Of a stretch of 63,029 bases of DNA, positions 16,983-25,812 are shown piece after piece. A program made the position numbers and the translations under genes. This DNA comes from an uncultured Thermoplasmatales archaeon (GTDB taxonomy: Archaea; Thermoplasmatota; E2; DHVEG-1): contig CAYLLH010000112.1 of NCBI GenBank assembly GCA_964384785.1, positions 1 to 63,029 on the forward strand. The letters are read 5' to 3'. The notes beneath the pieces were generated by a model. It worked only from the letters and a program-made list of their open reading frames with translations. It was not told the origin of the DNA and did no database searches. Within the stretch, counting starts at the first letter, position 1. Each line of letters opens with the position of its first letter.

Positions 16983-17723
16983 ATGTTACCTTTTTTACAA
17001 GGAGTTATTGTCACTGCTGAAAAAAACATTAAAATATATTATAAAAAAGCACCAGTGGTTATTTTTGGTCTTTTGTTTCCATTGTTTATGTTTACATCTT
17101 TTTACATGGGAAGAAACATTGATATAACTATTTTCTTCCCTGGTTTTCTTGCTATGGCATTGTTTTTTACTTCTTCATCAGTAGGTCCATTGATTACTCC
17201 TTGGGAGAAACAAGCAGGAACATATGAACGATTACTATCTTTTCCTGTAAGCATTCATACAATAATTTTGGGAGATGTTTTAGCAGGGGCAATATATGGA
17301 ATAATGATTACATCTCTTGTTATGGTTGCTGCAGGGATTCTACTCGGTTTTTCAATAGTTAATGTTCTAATTATTGCATTTGCTTTGATATTAGGAACAT
17401 TGTGTTTTGCATCATTAGGTGTGGCTTTAGCATCACCTTCGGTTCGTTCTCCTTCTCATATTATGATGTTTTCCAGTTTGATTCGTTTTCCATTGATTTT
17501 TATTAGTGGTATTTTTATCCCCATTCAGGAACTACAAGGAATAGCAAAGGTTCTTACATATTTCTCCCCTCTAACTTATCTTGTTGATATGTTTCATGCA
17601 GGTTTAGATGGTACATCAGTTTTTCCAGTAATCGTAGATATTTTTGCTTTGATTATTTTCACCTCTGTTTTTTTGTTGATAGCAAGCTATTTTCATAAGA
17701 GAAACATGATGAAGGGATTATGA
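16983..17723 (+). CDS. ABC-2 type transporter permease
   Basis: 246 aa and about 6 TM helices. It starts 2 nt after the ATPase gene. Confidence 0.85.
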   Translation: MLPFLQGVIVTAEKNIKIYYKKAPVVIFGLLFPLFMFTSFYMGRNIDITIFFPGFLAMALFFTSSSVGPLITPWEKQAGTYERLLSFPVSIHTIILGDVLAGAIYGIMITSLVMVAAGILLGFSIVNVLIIAFALILGTLCFASLGVALASPSVRSPSHIMMFSSLIRFPLIFISGIFIPIQELQGIAKVLTYFSPLTYLVDMFHAGLDGTSVFPVIVDIFALIIFTSVFLLIASYFHKRNMMKGL

Positions 17724-18023
17724 ATTAAATATATTTGAACCTTAAGTCGAAAGTTTTTTCCCTGTGGCCTTATGTTTTTTAACAGGTGAAAAATCCCTTT
17801 AAATTCTGTATCTTATAAAGAAAATCAATTTTGTTAAAAATTTTTTGTATCGATTTTTTTATACGAATTCTTCTATTCTATTCTTAATTTTGGAACCGAT
17901 GGTTTAGATAGTAAGTTTTATATATCTCATTTCCATTAACGATTGTTAAGCAGAGGCAATTTTAGGGTGGTGCCGAGAAAAAAAAAACAAAATTCAATAA
18001 TTTAGATTAACAACCAAAAAAAT

Positions 18024-18138
18024 GGGGGAAGTAAAAAAAACTGATTAGCAGAACCTTCTCATCCTATTTTAACATCCCATCTTTTCCTCCTCTCCTCACC
18101 CTTTTTAAAAAAAACTGCTAATCAAAAAAACTTCCCCC
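18024..18138. repeat. Nested inverted repeat around a polypyrimidine core
   Basis: GGGGGAAGT (18024-32) pairs with ACTTCCCCC (18130-38). TGATTAGCAG (18042-51) pairs with CTGCTAATCA (18115-24). The ~63-nt core is rich in C/T ('CCTTCTCATCC...CCTCCTCTCCTCACCC'). Confidence 0.5.
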
Positions 18139-18194
18139 AACCCTATCCCTTTTTAAGAAATAAATCAATAACAAAACAAAGGAACACAAAAAAC

Positions 18195-18818
18195 ATGCAA
18201 AAACTAACAAAAAAAATTGAAGAAATCAAAAAAACACCAACTAAACAAAAAATCGATCAAAGAATACAAGAATTCAAAAACATAAACAAAAACTCAAACG
18301 ATGAAATATTCCAAGAAATGTGTTTCTGCCTTCTAACAGCAAACTTCAACGCAGAAAAATCAATAAAAATACAAAATCAAATTGGACAATGTTTCTACAC
18401 AGATTCACAAGAAACACTAACAAAAAAACTAAAAAAACATGGACACAGGTTTCCAAACAAAAGAGCAGAATACATACATGAATCAAAAAAATGTAAAAAC
18501 CAACTACAAAACATAATAAATTTTCATGATAAAAACCAAATACGGGAATGGATAGTAAAAAATGTTAAAGGACTAGGCTACAAAGAAGCAAGTCATTTTC
18601 TAAGAAACATCGGCTTTCAAGACTATGCAATAATAGATTTTCATATACTGGATCTACTAGAAAAACACGATATAATAAAAAAACCAAAAACTCTTACCAA
18701 AAAAAAATATTTAGAAATAGAAAAAACCCTAAAAAAAATATCTGAAAAAACAAATCTAACACTAGCAGAATTGGATCTTTACCTTTGGTATATGGAAACC
18801 GGAAAAATATTAAAATAA
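18195..18818 (+). CDS. ogg: N-glycosylase/DNA lyase, archaeal Ogg2-type 8-oxoguanine glycosylase
   Basis: 207 aa. HhH-GPD segment 'VKGLGYKEASHFLRNIGFQDYAIIDFHIL'. The size matches archaeal Ogg. Confidence 0.8.
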   Translation: MQKLTKKIEEIKKTPTKQKIDQRIQEFKNINKNSNDEIFQEMCFCLLTANFNAEKSIKIQNQIGQCFYTDSQETLTKKLKKHGHRFPNKRAEYIHESKKCKNQLQNIINFHDKNQIREWIVKNVKGLGYKEASHFLRNIGFQDYAIIDFHILDLLEKHDIIKKPKTLTKKKYLEIEKTLKKISEKTNLTLAELDLYLWYMETGKILK

Positions 18819-18850
18819 AAATTTTTTTAGTAATGGTTTGATAACGAAAT

Positions 18851-20014
18851 ATGGATGAAAATTGCCCGATATGTGGGATGAAAGGAACCATAAAAGCACA
18901 TAACCATTATTTCTGCAGCAGGCACTGTATAGAAAAATACGAAAAAGAACACAACATCCCCAAAGAAAACGAATACTGCCCAAGCTGTCATGCAAAAAAA
19001 GCAGCACCATGGTACAAACAAAGACTAACAATAGTAACCATTTTTACAATTATAGTTGTAACTTTATCTTTTTTTATTGATCAACTAAACCCTTTTTTTC
19101 ATGCCTTCATGGATTATCTTTATTTAATCTGGTGGGCAATACTACTAGGATTCTTACTAGGTGGAGTTATAGATTATTTTATTCCCAGGGAATACATCAA
19201 AAAATATTTATCCCGTCATCAAAAAAGAACAATTTTTTACTCAATAGGCTTTGGGTTTTTGATGAGTGCTTGTTCACATGGAATACTAGCCATAGCAATA
19301 GAGCTCTATAAAAAAGGAGCAAGTACCTCATCCGTGGTAGCATTCTTGATGGCTTCACCCTGGGCAAACCTACCAATAACTTTTCTTTTGTTTGGTTTTT
19401 TTGGACTAAAAGCAATATATATCATAGTTTCAGCACTACTAATAGCAACCACTACAGGTCTTATCTTTCAAGCACTTGAAAGACATGGAATGGTAGAATG
19501 TAAAAGCTGTCAGATGGGAGAAGATACACCAGTACTTATGGATTTCTCAATCAGGGAAGATATCAAAAAAAGATGGAAAAACTATCAGTTCAACTTTAAA
19601 AACAACTATCAAGCATTAGTAGGAACCTTAAAGGGTTCATGGTCTCTAACCAAAATGGTACTCTGGTGGCTAATAATAGGGATGCTAATGGCAGCATTCG
19701 CCCGAGCATATATCCCAACAAATCTATTTCAACAATACATGGGACCAACACTACTAGGATTAGCTATAACACTACTATTTGCAACAATAATAGAAGTATG
19801 CTCTGAGGGAAGCGCACCACTAGCTTTTGAAATATTTAACAAAACCGGAGCATTTGGAAACAGTTATGTTTTCTTAACTTCTGGGGTAATAACAGATGTG
19901 ACTGAGTTAGGATTGATATGGCATAACATTGGAAAAAAAGCAGCAATATGGTTACCAATAATAACAGTCCCTCAAGCACTTATAATAGGACTTCTAATGA
20001 ATATATTTCTATAA
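18851..20014 (+). CDS. YHS/TRASH-like Cys4 domain fused to a DUF318/ArsP-type permease
   Basis: N-terminal 'CPICGMKGTIKAHNHYFCSRHC' followed by about 9 TM helices ('MSACSHGILA'). Paralogous by eye to 8298..9413. Confidence 0.7.
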   Translation: MDENCPICGMKGTIKAHNHYFCSRHCIEKYEKEHNIPKENEYCPSCHAKKAAPWYKQRLTIVTIFTIIVVTLSFFIDQLNPFFHAFMDYLYLIWWAILLGFLLGGVIDYFIPREYIKKYLSRHQKRTIFYSIGFGFLMSACSHGILAIAIELYKKGASTSSVVAFLMASPWANLPITFLLFGFFGLKAIYIIVSALLIATTTGLIFQALERHGMVECKSCQMGEDTPVLMDFSIREDIKKRWKNYQFNFKNNYQALVGTLKGSWSLTKMVLWWLIIGMLMAAFARAYIPTNLFQQYMGPTLLGLAITLLFATIIEVCSEGSAPLAFEIFNKTGAFGNSYVFLTSGVITDVTELGLIWHNIGKKAAIWLPIITVPQALIIGLLMNIFL

Positions 20015-21139
20015 AATTCTATAATTATTCCAACCCACTCTTTCAATTAAATTATTTTTCTTCCAGCATCTAATAGCTTTATTAGCTTGTGAAGATGTTC
20101 TACCAAAATCTCTTATATCTTGATAACAAAAATTCTTATTTTTCATTTTTAATTTATTAAAAATTTCTTTATTTATGTTCATACTTTTCCTAATTAAAGG
20201 ATAATGAGAAGGGTTTATTTTTTTACAAATTTCAATAAACTCTTTTTCTTTAGCCCAAAGTCCAGCGATAAGACCATACTCTCTTTTTGCTTCTTTTAAG
20301 TAATCCAATATTATTGGAAAATTATAGTTATAAATTGTAATATCATCCTTATCATTAGTAGGATCAGAATGATCAAAATTTAAGCTATCAAGCAAAATTT
20401 TAAATCCAGTTCTAAATCCCTCCTTTTTTTGAGAAACTGTTAAAGTTGTGTCTTTAAAATGTCCTTCATCAAATATAAATTGGAAAAAAACCTGCATTTT
20501 ATATTCATAAGAAAGTTTAGAGACTGCCTTGAAAAATTCTATAGAATAAAAATCTTTTATTCCAATATTTAATGATTTACAAGTTAATCTAACTAAATGA
20601 GTAGGTATACTAATATAAAACACATTACCTATTTTAGATTTTAATCTACAAGATATTGAATCATTTTTTGTGATTTTTTTTAATAATTTTTCCATATATC
20701 TACTATTATTTCCCTTTTGATACCACTCGGCATTTATCCCATTTTTTTTGGTATTAATAAAAAAACTTCCATCACCGTGTATTGTAACAGATCTGAGAGT
20801 CAATGGCTCTAAGAAAAATGGGAAATGAATTTTATACATATTAGCTTGCCCTGATCCGTAATGAGTAATTTCTTTTTCTAAACCTTTTCGTTTAACACCA
20901 AGAGAATCTACAATACTTATTAAGTGAGGAATTGAATGAGCTCTTTTTTTATTTTTAGAAGTATATATTGAATAAATTGTTTCCCTGTCAAAATTAAGAT
21001 CTCGGGATAGTTTTCTTACACCATATTTTTTAATCTTAATTTTTAATTTTTCACGAATTTCTTTATTAAGTCGTACATAACCTTGGACATCCCATACATG
21101 TACTTTCTTAGGAATCTTATAATCATTACACATAATCAA
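20009..21139 (-). CDS. Hypothetical protein with two LAGLIDADG-like motifs and HTH-like termini (tentative)
   Basis: 376 aa. 'LRSVTIHGDGSF' and 'VFFQFIFDEGHF' are about 100 aa apart, as in double-motif LAGLIDADG enzymes. 'GVRKLSRDLNFDRETIYSIY' is HTH-like. Confidence 0.35.
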   Translation of the reverse strand: MIMCNDYKIPKKVHVWDVQGYVRLNKEIREKLKIKIKKYGVRKLSRDLNFDRETIYSIYTSKNKKRAHSIPHLISIVDSLGVKRKGLEKEITHYGSGQANMYKIHFPFFLEPLTLRSVTIHGDGSFFINTKKNGINAEWYQKGNNSRYMEKLLKKITKNDSISCRLKSKIGNVFYISIPTHLVRLTCKSLNIGIKDFYSIEFFKAVSKLSYEYKMQVFFQFIFDEGHFKDTTLTVSQKKEGFRTGFKILLDSLNFDHSDPTNDKDDITIYNYNFPIILDYLKEAKREYGLIAGLWAKEKEFIEICKKINPSHYPLIRKSMNINKEIFNKLKMKNKNFCYQDIRDFGRTSSQANKAIRCWKKNNLIERVGWNNYRIL

Positions 21140-21183
21140 TATTACAAAAAATTTTATTTAAATAAAAATATAACTAACAGATA

Positions 21184-21223
21184 ATTGAAAGTATTCTGAG
21201 ATGAAGCCTTTTTTACTTTCAAT
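21184..21223. promoter_or_regulatory. Perfect 10-bp inverted repeat ATTGAAAGTA-N20-TACTTTCAAT upstream of the RecA-like/PolB cassette
   Basis: Arms at 21184-21193 and 21214-21223, lying 77 nt upstream of ATG 21300 in the divergent intergenic region. Confidence 0.3.
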
Positions 21224-21299
21224 GACGTCCCCGTTTTATCTTTTTAAAAGATGACATACATGTAAGCTTTCCAAAAAAAACTTTTTTTGGGGGAATTTT

Positions 21300-22046
21300 A
21301 TGAGAAAAACTAAGCTTGCATTGGATGTCGTCGAAAAACCTGATTTTCAGGTTGCAAAAGATATGTTGAAACCAGATATAATAGTGAAATCTGGTATTAA
21401 AGAAATAGATAAACTAATTGGTGGTTTTAAAACAGAAACTGTGACCTATATCGATGGAGACAGCAGTTTTATTTCTAATATTCCCAATCAGCTTTGTGTT
21501 AATACTTTCAGGACTTTTCATAGTGACACGATTTATATTGATGGTGGGATGTGTGCTGATCCTTACAAGATTGCTTGTTATGCTCGATGTATGGAGTTAG
21601 ATCAAAAAAAGACTTTGAAACATGTTCATATAAGCCGTGCTTTTACAGTATATCAACTCTCTACTATTATTCAGAACATGTTAGAACAAGCCATAAGGCA
21701 GTACAATCCTCGTACTTTGATTATTGGTAGTTTTCCTAGTTTTTATCTTGATTCGGATGTGGATGAAAAAGAAGCACAGATTCTTCTACGTTTGAATCTT
21801 CATAAAATCCATGAATTAACTGTTAAATATGGTCTTATCACTGTTTTTACAAATTTTGAAAAAAAACTTTTGTCTAGTAAACGTAACATCCGAGGTATTC
21901 TTTACAATGATGTTGATGAAGTTGTTTTGTTAAAAGAGCATGATTTATCAACTAAAGTCAGGCTTTTAAACAAAAAAAAGCAGACTGTGATTCTTCATCT
22001 ACTACGTGGTCAGATGCGTCTTCAAGATTATGGTATGGTGATATAG
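21300..22046 (+). CDS. RadB/RecA-fold protein with degenerate Walker A and B motifs
   Basis: 248 aa. 'IKEIDKLIGGFKTETVTYIDGDSSFISN' aligns with RadB 'lD.lLgGG...g.it.iyG..GsGKT', but GxxGxGKT is replaced by GDSSFISN. 'TLIIGSFPSFY' replaces the hhhhDS Walker B. 'IYIDGGMCADPYKI' is like RadB 'yIDtEg.f.peR'. Confidence 0.55.
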   Translation: MRKTKLALDVVEKPDFQVAKDMLKPDIIVKSGIKEIDKLIGGFKTETVTYIDGDSSFISNIPNQLCVNTFRTFHSDTIYIDGGMCADPYKIACYARCMELDQKKTLKHVHISRAFTVYQLSTIIQNMLEQAIRQYNPRTLIIGSFPSFYLDSDVDEKEAQILLRLNLHKIHELTVKYGLITVFTNFEKKLLSSKRNIRGILYNDVDEVVLLKEHDLSTKVRLLNKKKQTVILHLLRGQMRLQDYGMVI

Positions 22047-22049
22047 TCT

Positions 22050-22304
22050 ATGGGTCGTACTGTTCCTACTTTTAGAAACATTGTTGAAAGTTTTGGCTGG
22101 GAGTGGAATGATTTCAAACGTGCTCTTAGAGAGATGGATCGTGAGGCTTTTGATGAACTTTTGAATCATGCTCGTCGTCATGCATCTGCTGGGAGTAATA
22201 TGAGTAATCCTAACCCGTTTGAACCAGTGGTTATGAGCATTCTGGTTGAACATGAAAAAACTATAAGAAAACTAAGAAAAGATGTTAACGGGAAACATTC
22301 TTGA
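22050..22304 (+). CDS. Small helical protein of unknown function, translationally coupled to PolB
   Basis: 84 aa. It starts 3 nt after the RecA-like gene and overlaps the polymerase start by 23 nt. 'FKRALREMDREAFDELLNHARRHASA'. Confidence 0.5.
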   Translation: MGRTVPTFRNIVESFGWEWNDFKRALREMDREAFDELLNHARRHASAGSNMSNPNPFEPVVMSILVEHEKTIRKLRKDVNGKHS

Positions 22305-24555
22305 TTGTTGTCCAGACTATAAGGAAAACGTGATGGTTACATGGATTACAGATAATGGTAAACCACATAAAATAAAGAGTTTTTACAAGCCTAGTTTTTT
22401 TGTTTATGCAAATCGGGATGAACTTTTAACGCTTGTATCTATTCTTAGAGATAAAACTGAAGTTGAAAATCTTGATTTTTGTTTTAAAAAAATAAACTTG
22501 GGTTTTGATAAAAAAAAACTTGTTCTAAAGGTTACACCAAAAAAACTATGTTTTTTTAGAAAACTAGCTGAAAAAATTGATTATTGGGGTGGTTTTTGCA
22601 GATATCAACTTTTTGATGTGGATCTACGTATGTCGTCTAGATTTCTTCAGGATATGGGTGTTTTTTGTAATGGTTTTGTTAGATGGGATGGAAAAAAATT
22701 TTTATTAGATGACAAAAAGCAATGGGCTGTTGATTATAATAAACCAGAGTATCATAGTCAGGTTTTTGAAATATTCTCAAAAAAACAAAGTAAAATAACA
22801 TCTTTTGAAAAACCCATAAAATCGATAAAAATAGGGAATAATGTTGTTAGTGAACGTTGTGAAAAGGAAACTATTTTGTTTGCAATAAAACAGCTTAAAA
22901 AATCTGATCCTGATGTTTTATTTGTCCATAGGGGGGACAGTGTGGTTTTTCCTTATCTTTATCATCGTGCCCGGAAAAACAGTATTGAAAATCATTTGAT
23001 GCTTGGCCGTGATAAAAATTTTTTAAAACCAGTTAAACAGAGTAAATCCTATTTTAGTTATGGACAAATAGTGTATCGACCTGCTTTTTATACTTTGAAG
23101 GGACGAGCGCATCTTGACAGCTATAATTCGTTTATCTACGGTGAAAGTGGTCTGCAGGGTTTGGTTGATATGTCTCGTTGTTCTAATATTCCTCTTCAGA
23201 TTTTGTCTCGTGTTGGTCCGGGTACTGCGATTAGTCAAATACAGGTTAACCATGCAAGAGAGAAAGGTTATCTTATTCCATGGAAAAAAAATATTCCTGA
23301 GGGTTGGAAGTCTGCTTTGGATCTTTTAAAATCTGATCGTGGTGGTTTGATTCTTGATCCAGTTGTGGGTTTACATGAGGATGTTGTGGAGTTTGATTTT
23401 GCATCATTGTATCCAAATATTATGGTTAATTACAATATCAGCCCTGAGACTATGTTCTGCAGCTGCTGCCGTTCTAATCCAAGTATTGTGGTTCCTCAGC
23501 TGGGTTATCATATTTGTAGTCGTAAAACAGGTCTTTTGCCTGAGGTTTTAAAACCTGTTTTGCACCGTCGTTTTTATTATAAGGCTCGTTCTAAAAACCA
23601 GAAATATGACACAGAGCTTTACAAAGAGTTGCAGCAGGCGTGGAAATGGGTTCTTTTGGTATGTTTCGGTTATACTGGTTACAGAAACGCCAGGTATGGT
23701 CGTATAGAATGCTACGAGAGCATCACAGCATTCAGTAGGGAAATACTTTTGAAGGCTTTTGAATGCGTTGAAAACACAGGATACACGGTTTTACATGGAA
23801 TAATTGACTCATTGTGGGTTAAACCAAAAAAAGACTGTAAAAACCCAGCGTTTTTATCACGTTTAATTAGCAACACGACAGGTGTTCGGATGGATGTAGA
23901 AGGACACTACAAATGGATAGTGTTCCTTCCTAACAAAAACACAGAGGTTGGTGCTTTGAATAGATACTATGGAATGTTTGATACTGGTGAACTAAAAGTT
24001 CGTGGTGTTGAACTACGTCAAAAAAACTCTCCGGTTTTTCTTAAAAAAATGCAAGAAGAAATACTCAATGTTTTCACCAAAGCAGATAACAAAAAAGAAT
24101 TCCTTAATTTGATTCCAGAAGCCTTAGAGGTTGTAAAAAATTATGCTAAAAAAATAATCAAAGAAGAAGTAGAACCTGAAAAACTGTTAATTAAAACCTG
24201 TGTATCAAAAAATGTAACAGAATACAAAGTAAATAATTTTACTAAATGCGCGCTTTTACAACTTAGAAAAAAAGGTATTGAGCCAAATCCCGGTCAAAAT
24301 GTTTCTTATGTTGTATGCGATGAAAAAAACAAAAACATATCAAAAAGAATTTGTGTTTTAGAAAACCTTGAAGAGTTTGAATTTTTTGATACTGATTTTT
24401 ATCTACGTCAAACAGCTCAATACGCTGAAAGTATCCTACTTCCTTTTGGTTGCACCTCTGAAAAATTATATGATATGTTTCAAAAAATAAAAAATAGAGA
24501 GCGATATAATGTATCCATTTTACCTGGAGTTAGAACTCATCAAACCAGTTTCTGA
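22282..24555 (+). CDS. Family-B DNA polymerase, divergent (PolB2-like): exonuclease motifs lost, motif C variant
   Basis: 757 aa. Comparisons are to Pfu PolB from memory.
- N-terminus: 'ILDCCPDY' vs 'ILDVDYI'.
- 'RFLQDMGV' vs 'RYLIDKG'.
- ExoI: 'FEIFS' vs 'FDIET'.
- ExoII: 'GDSVVFPYL' vs 'GDSFDFPYL'.
- Motif A is intact: 'DFASLYPNIM'.
- Motif B: 'KWVLLVCFGYTGY' vs 'KLLANSFYGYYGY'.
- Motif C: 'HGIIDS' (23794-23811) vs 'YIDTDG'. Confidence 0.85.
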   Translation: MLTGNILDCCPDYKENVMVTWITDNGKPHKIKSFYKPSFFVYANRDELLTLVSILRDKTEVENLDFCFKKINLGFDKKKLVLKVTPKKLCFFRKLAEKIDYWGGFCRYQLFDVDLRMSSRFLQDMGVFCNGFVRWDGKKFLLDDKKQWAVDYNKPEYHSQVFEIFSKKQSKITSFEKPIKSIKIGNNVVSERCEKETILFAIKQLKKSDPDVLFVHRGDSVVFPYLYHRARKNSIENHLMLGRDKNFLKPVKQSKSYFSYGQIVYRPAFYTLKGRAHLDSYNSFIYGESGLQGLVDMSRCSNIPLQILSRVGPGTAISQIQVNHAREKGYLIPWKKNIPEGWKSALDLLKSDRGGLILDPVVGLHEDVVEFDFASLYPNIMVNYNISPETMFCSCCRSNPSIVVPQLGYHICSRKTGLLPEVLKPVLHRRFYYKARSKNQKYDTELYKELQQAWKWVLLVCFGYTGYRNARYGRIECYESITAFSREILLKAFECVENTGYTVLHGIIDSLWVKPKKDCKNPAFLSRLISNTTGVRMDVEGHYKWIVFLPNKNTEVGALNRYYGMFDTGELKVRGVELRQKNSPVFLKKMQEEILNVFTKADNKKEFLNLIPEALEVVKNYAKKIIKEEVEPEKLLIKTCVSKNVTEYKVNNFTKCALLQLRKKGIEPNPGQNVSYVVCDEKNKNISKRICVLENLEEFEFFDTDFYLRQTAQYAESILLPFGCTSEKLYDMFQKIKNRERYNVSILPGVRTHQTSF

Positions 24556-24943
24556 TTTTTTAAAGAATCAGGATTACAAGGTTTATCATGAAATAAAAAT
24601 AGGATTTTGCAGAGCAGATTTGGTGGGTTTTAAAAAAAATAAAACAGTTGCAGTTGAGCTTAAACTAACTGATTGGAAAAAAGCAATAGTTCAAGCAAAA
24701 AACTACCAACTGGGTGCAGACTATGTATACTTAGCTTTTCCACTCAAAAAATCTTTTAATGTTCTAAAAAAAGTTGAACATATTCTAAAAAAGGAAGGTA
24801 TTGGTTTTTTGGTTGTAGAAGAAGAAAAATGTAATGTTAGAAAAATATTAGATGCGAAAGTTTCTGAGCGAAAAATATGTAGAATTACTCAAAAGGAAAT
24901 TAAAAAAAATCGTAGAACAAGTTTTCAAAAAAGAAGTTTTTGA
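24509..24943 (+). CDS. PD-(D/E)xK nuclease-fold protein (tentative)
   Basis: 144 aa. It overlaps the polymerase 3' end by 47 nt. 'CRADLVGF...VAVELK...QAKNY' gives a D...ExK...Q arrangement. The C-terminal tail is basic. Confidence 0.5.
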   Translation: MYPFYLELELIKPVSDFLKNQDYKVYHEIKIGFCRADLVGFKKNKTVAVELKLTDWKKAIVQAKNYQLGADYVYLAFPLKKSFNVLKKVEHILKKEGIGFLVVEEEKCNVRKILDAKVSERKICRITQKEIKKNRRTSFQKRSF

Positions 24944-24986
24944 TGTCCAAAAAATAATAAAAACAAAAAACATACCCTGTAATTAA

Positions 24987-25457
24987 ATGGTTAATTTGTT
25001 GTCAAAAGAAGAAATTATTTTCATAAATGAAGTTTCTCTAAAATTAACAGATGAAGAAGATAAATTTTATTTAGAATATCCTGATGATCTAGATTTTTTA
25101 ATAGATTTAGTAAAAAAAGATTTTAAGGATGATTTTTACAAATCAGCCCTTTGGTACTGTATTTCGATTATAGTTTTACATCCTTTTAAAAATGGTAATC
25201 ATCGTACTTCTATTTTAGCAGCTGAGCATTTTTTGTTAAAGAATAACTTTCAGTCTTTTACTGATGATGAAAAGGATACTTGGTTAGAAAAATATAGGAT
25301 AGAATACGAAAAAGAATATGAATTAGAAAGAGATTTTTTTAGGATAGCTTGTATAGAAAATAGAGATAAACAAAAAGAAGAAATAAAAAATATAATGATT
25401 TCAGAGTATGGAAAAACTATAAAGCGATGGCTTAAAAAAAATTATAAAACTAAATAA
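24987..25457 (+). CDS. Fic/Doc-family protein (Doc-like motif variant)
   Basis: 156 aa. 'HPFKNGNHRTS' compared with the Doc 'HxFx(D/N)(A/G)NKR' and Fic 'HPFx(D/E)GNGRxxR' motifs. Confidence 0.7.
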   Translation: MVNLLSKEEIIFINEVSLKLTDEEDKFYLEYPDDLDFLIDLVKKDFKDDFYKSALWYCISIIVLHPFKNGNHRTSILAAEHFLLKNNFQSFTDDEKDTWLEKYRIEYEKEYELERDFFRIACIENRDKQKEEIKNIMISEYGKTIKRWLKKNYKTK

Positions 25458-25812
25458 ACTATTTTTTTAGTGATGTTCTGCACAGTATTTAATCATGGTT
25501 TTTTTACTTTTTATAAATGATAATAATTCTTTTTTATCTTTATCTTTCATGGATTAGTCCTCAATTTTTATAATATAGATTAAAATGTTAGTTTAATATA
25601 GTATATAAAAATATCGAAGTAGTTGATATAAATAGTTATTTTTACATTTTTTTTTTGTACTGTTGATAAATTATTGTGTAATCTATTCAAAATAATCTTT
25701 TTTTTTACCTAAACATTTTTACGTGATTAGTTATTCCAGTTTTTCAAAAAAAGTTATAGGATACAACCCTGTTAAAAAGAAATATTTTGCTAAGGGAGGT
25801 CAAAGATAGATT

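Noticed and set aside
17706-17760. ATGATGA (C-box-like) at the end of the ABC permease gene as a possible C/D-box sRNA
   Set aside because: No CTGA D or D' boxes or C' box lie at the required 12-nt guide spacing downstream. The heptamer simply encodes 'MMK' of the permease.
25467-25550. 27-aa minus-strand ORF with a GAGGA site downstream of the Doc-like gene
   Set aside because: It is too short, and its orientation (convergent) is wrong for a classical antitoxin. It is kept only as a note under the Doc finding.
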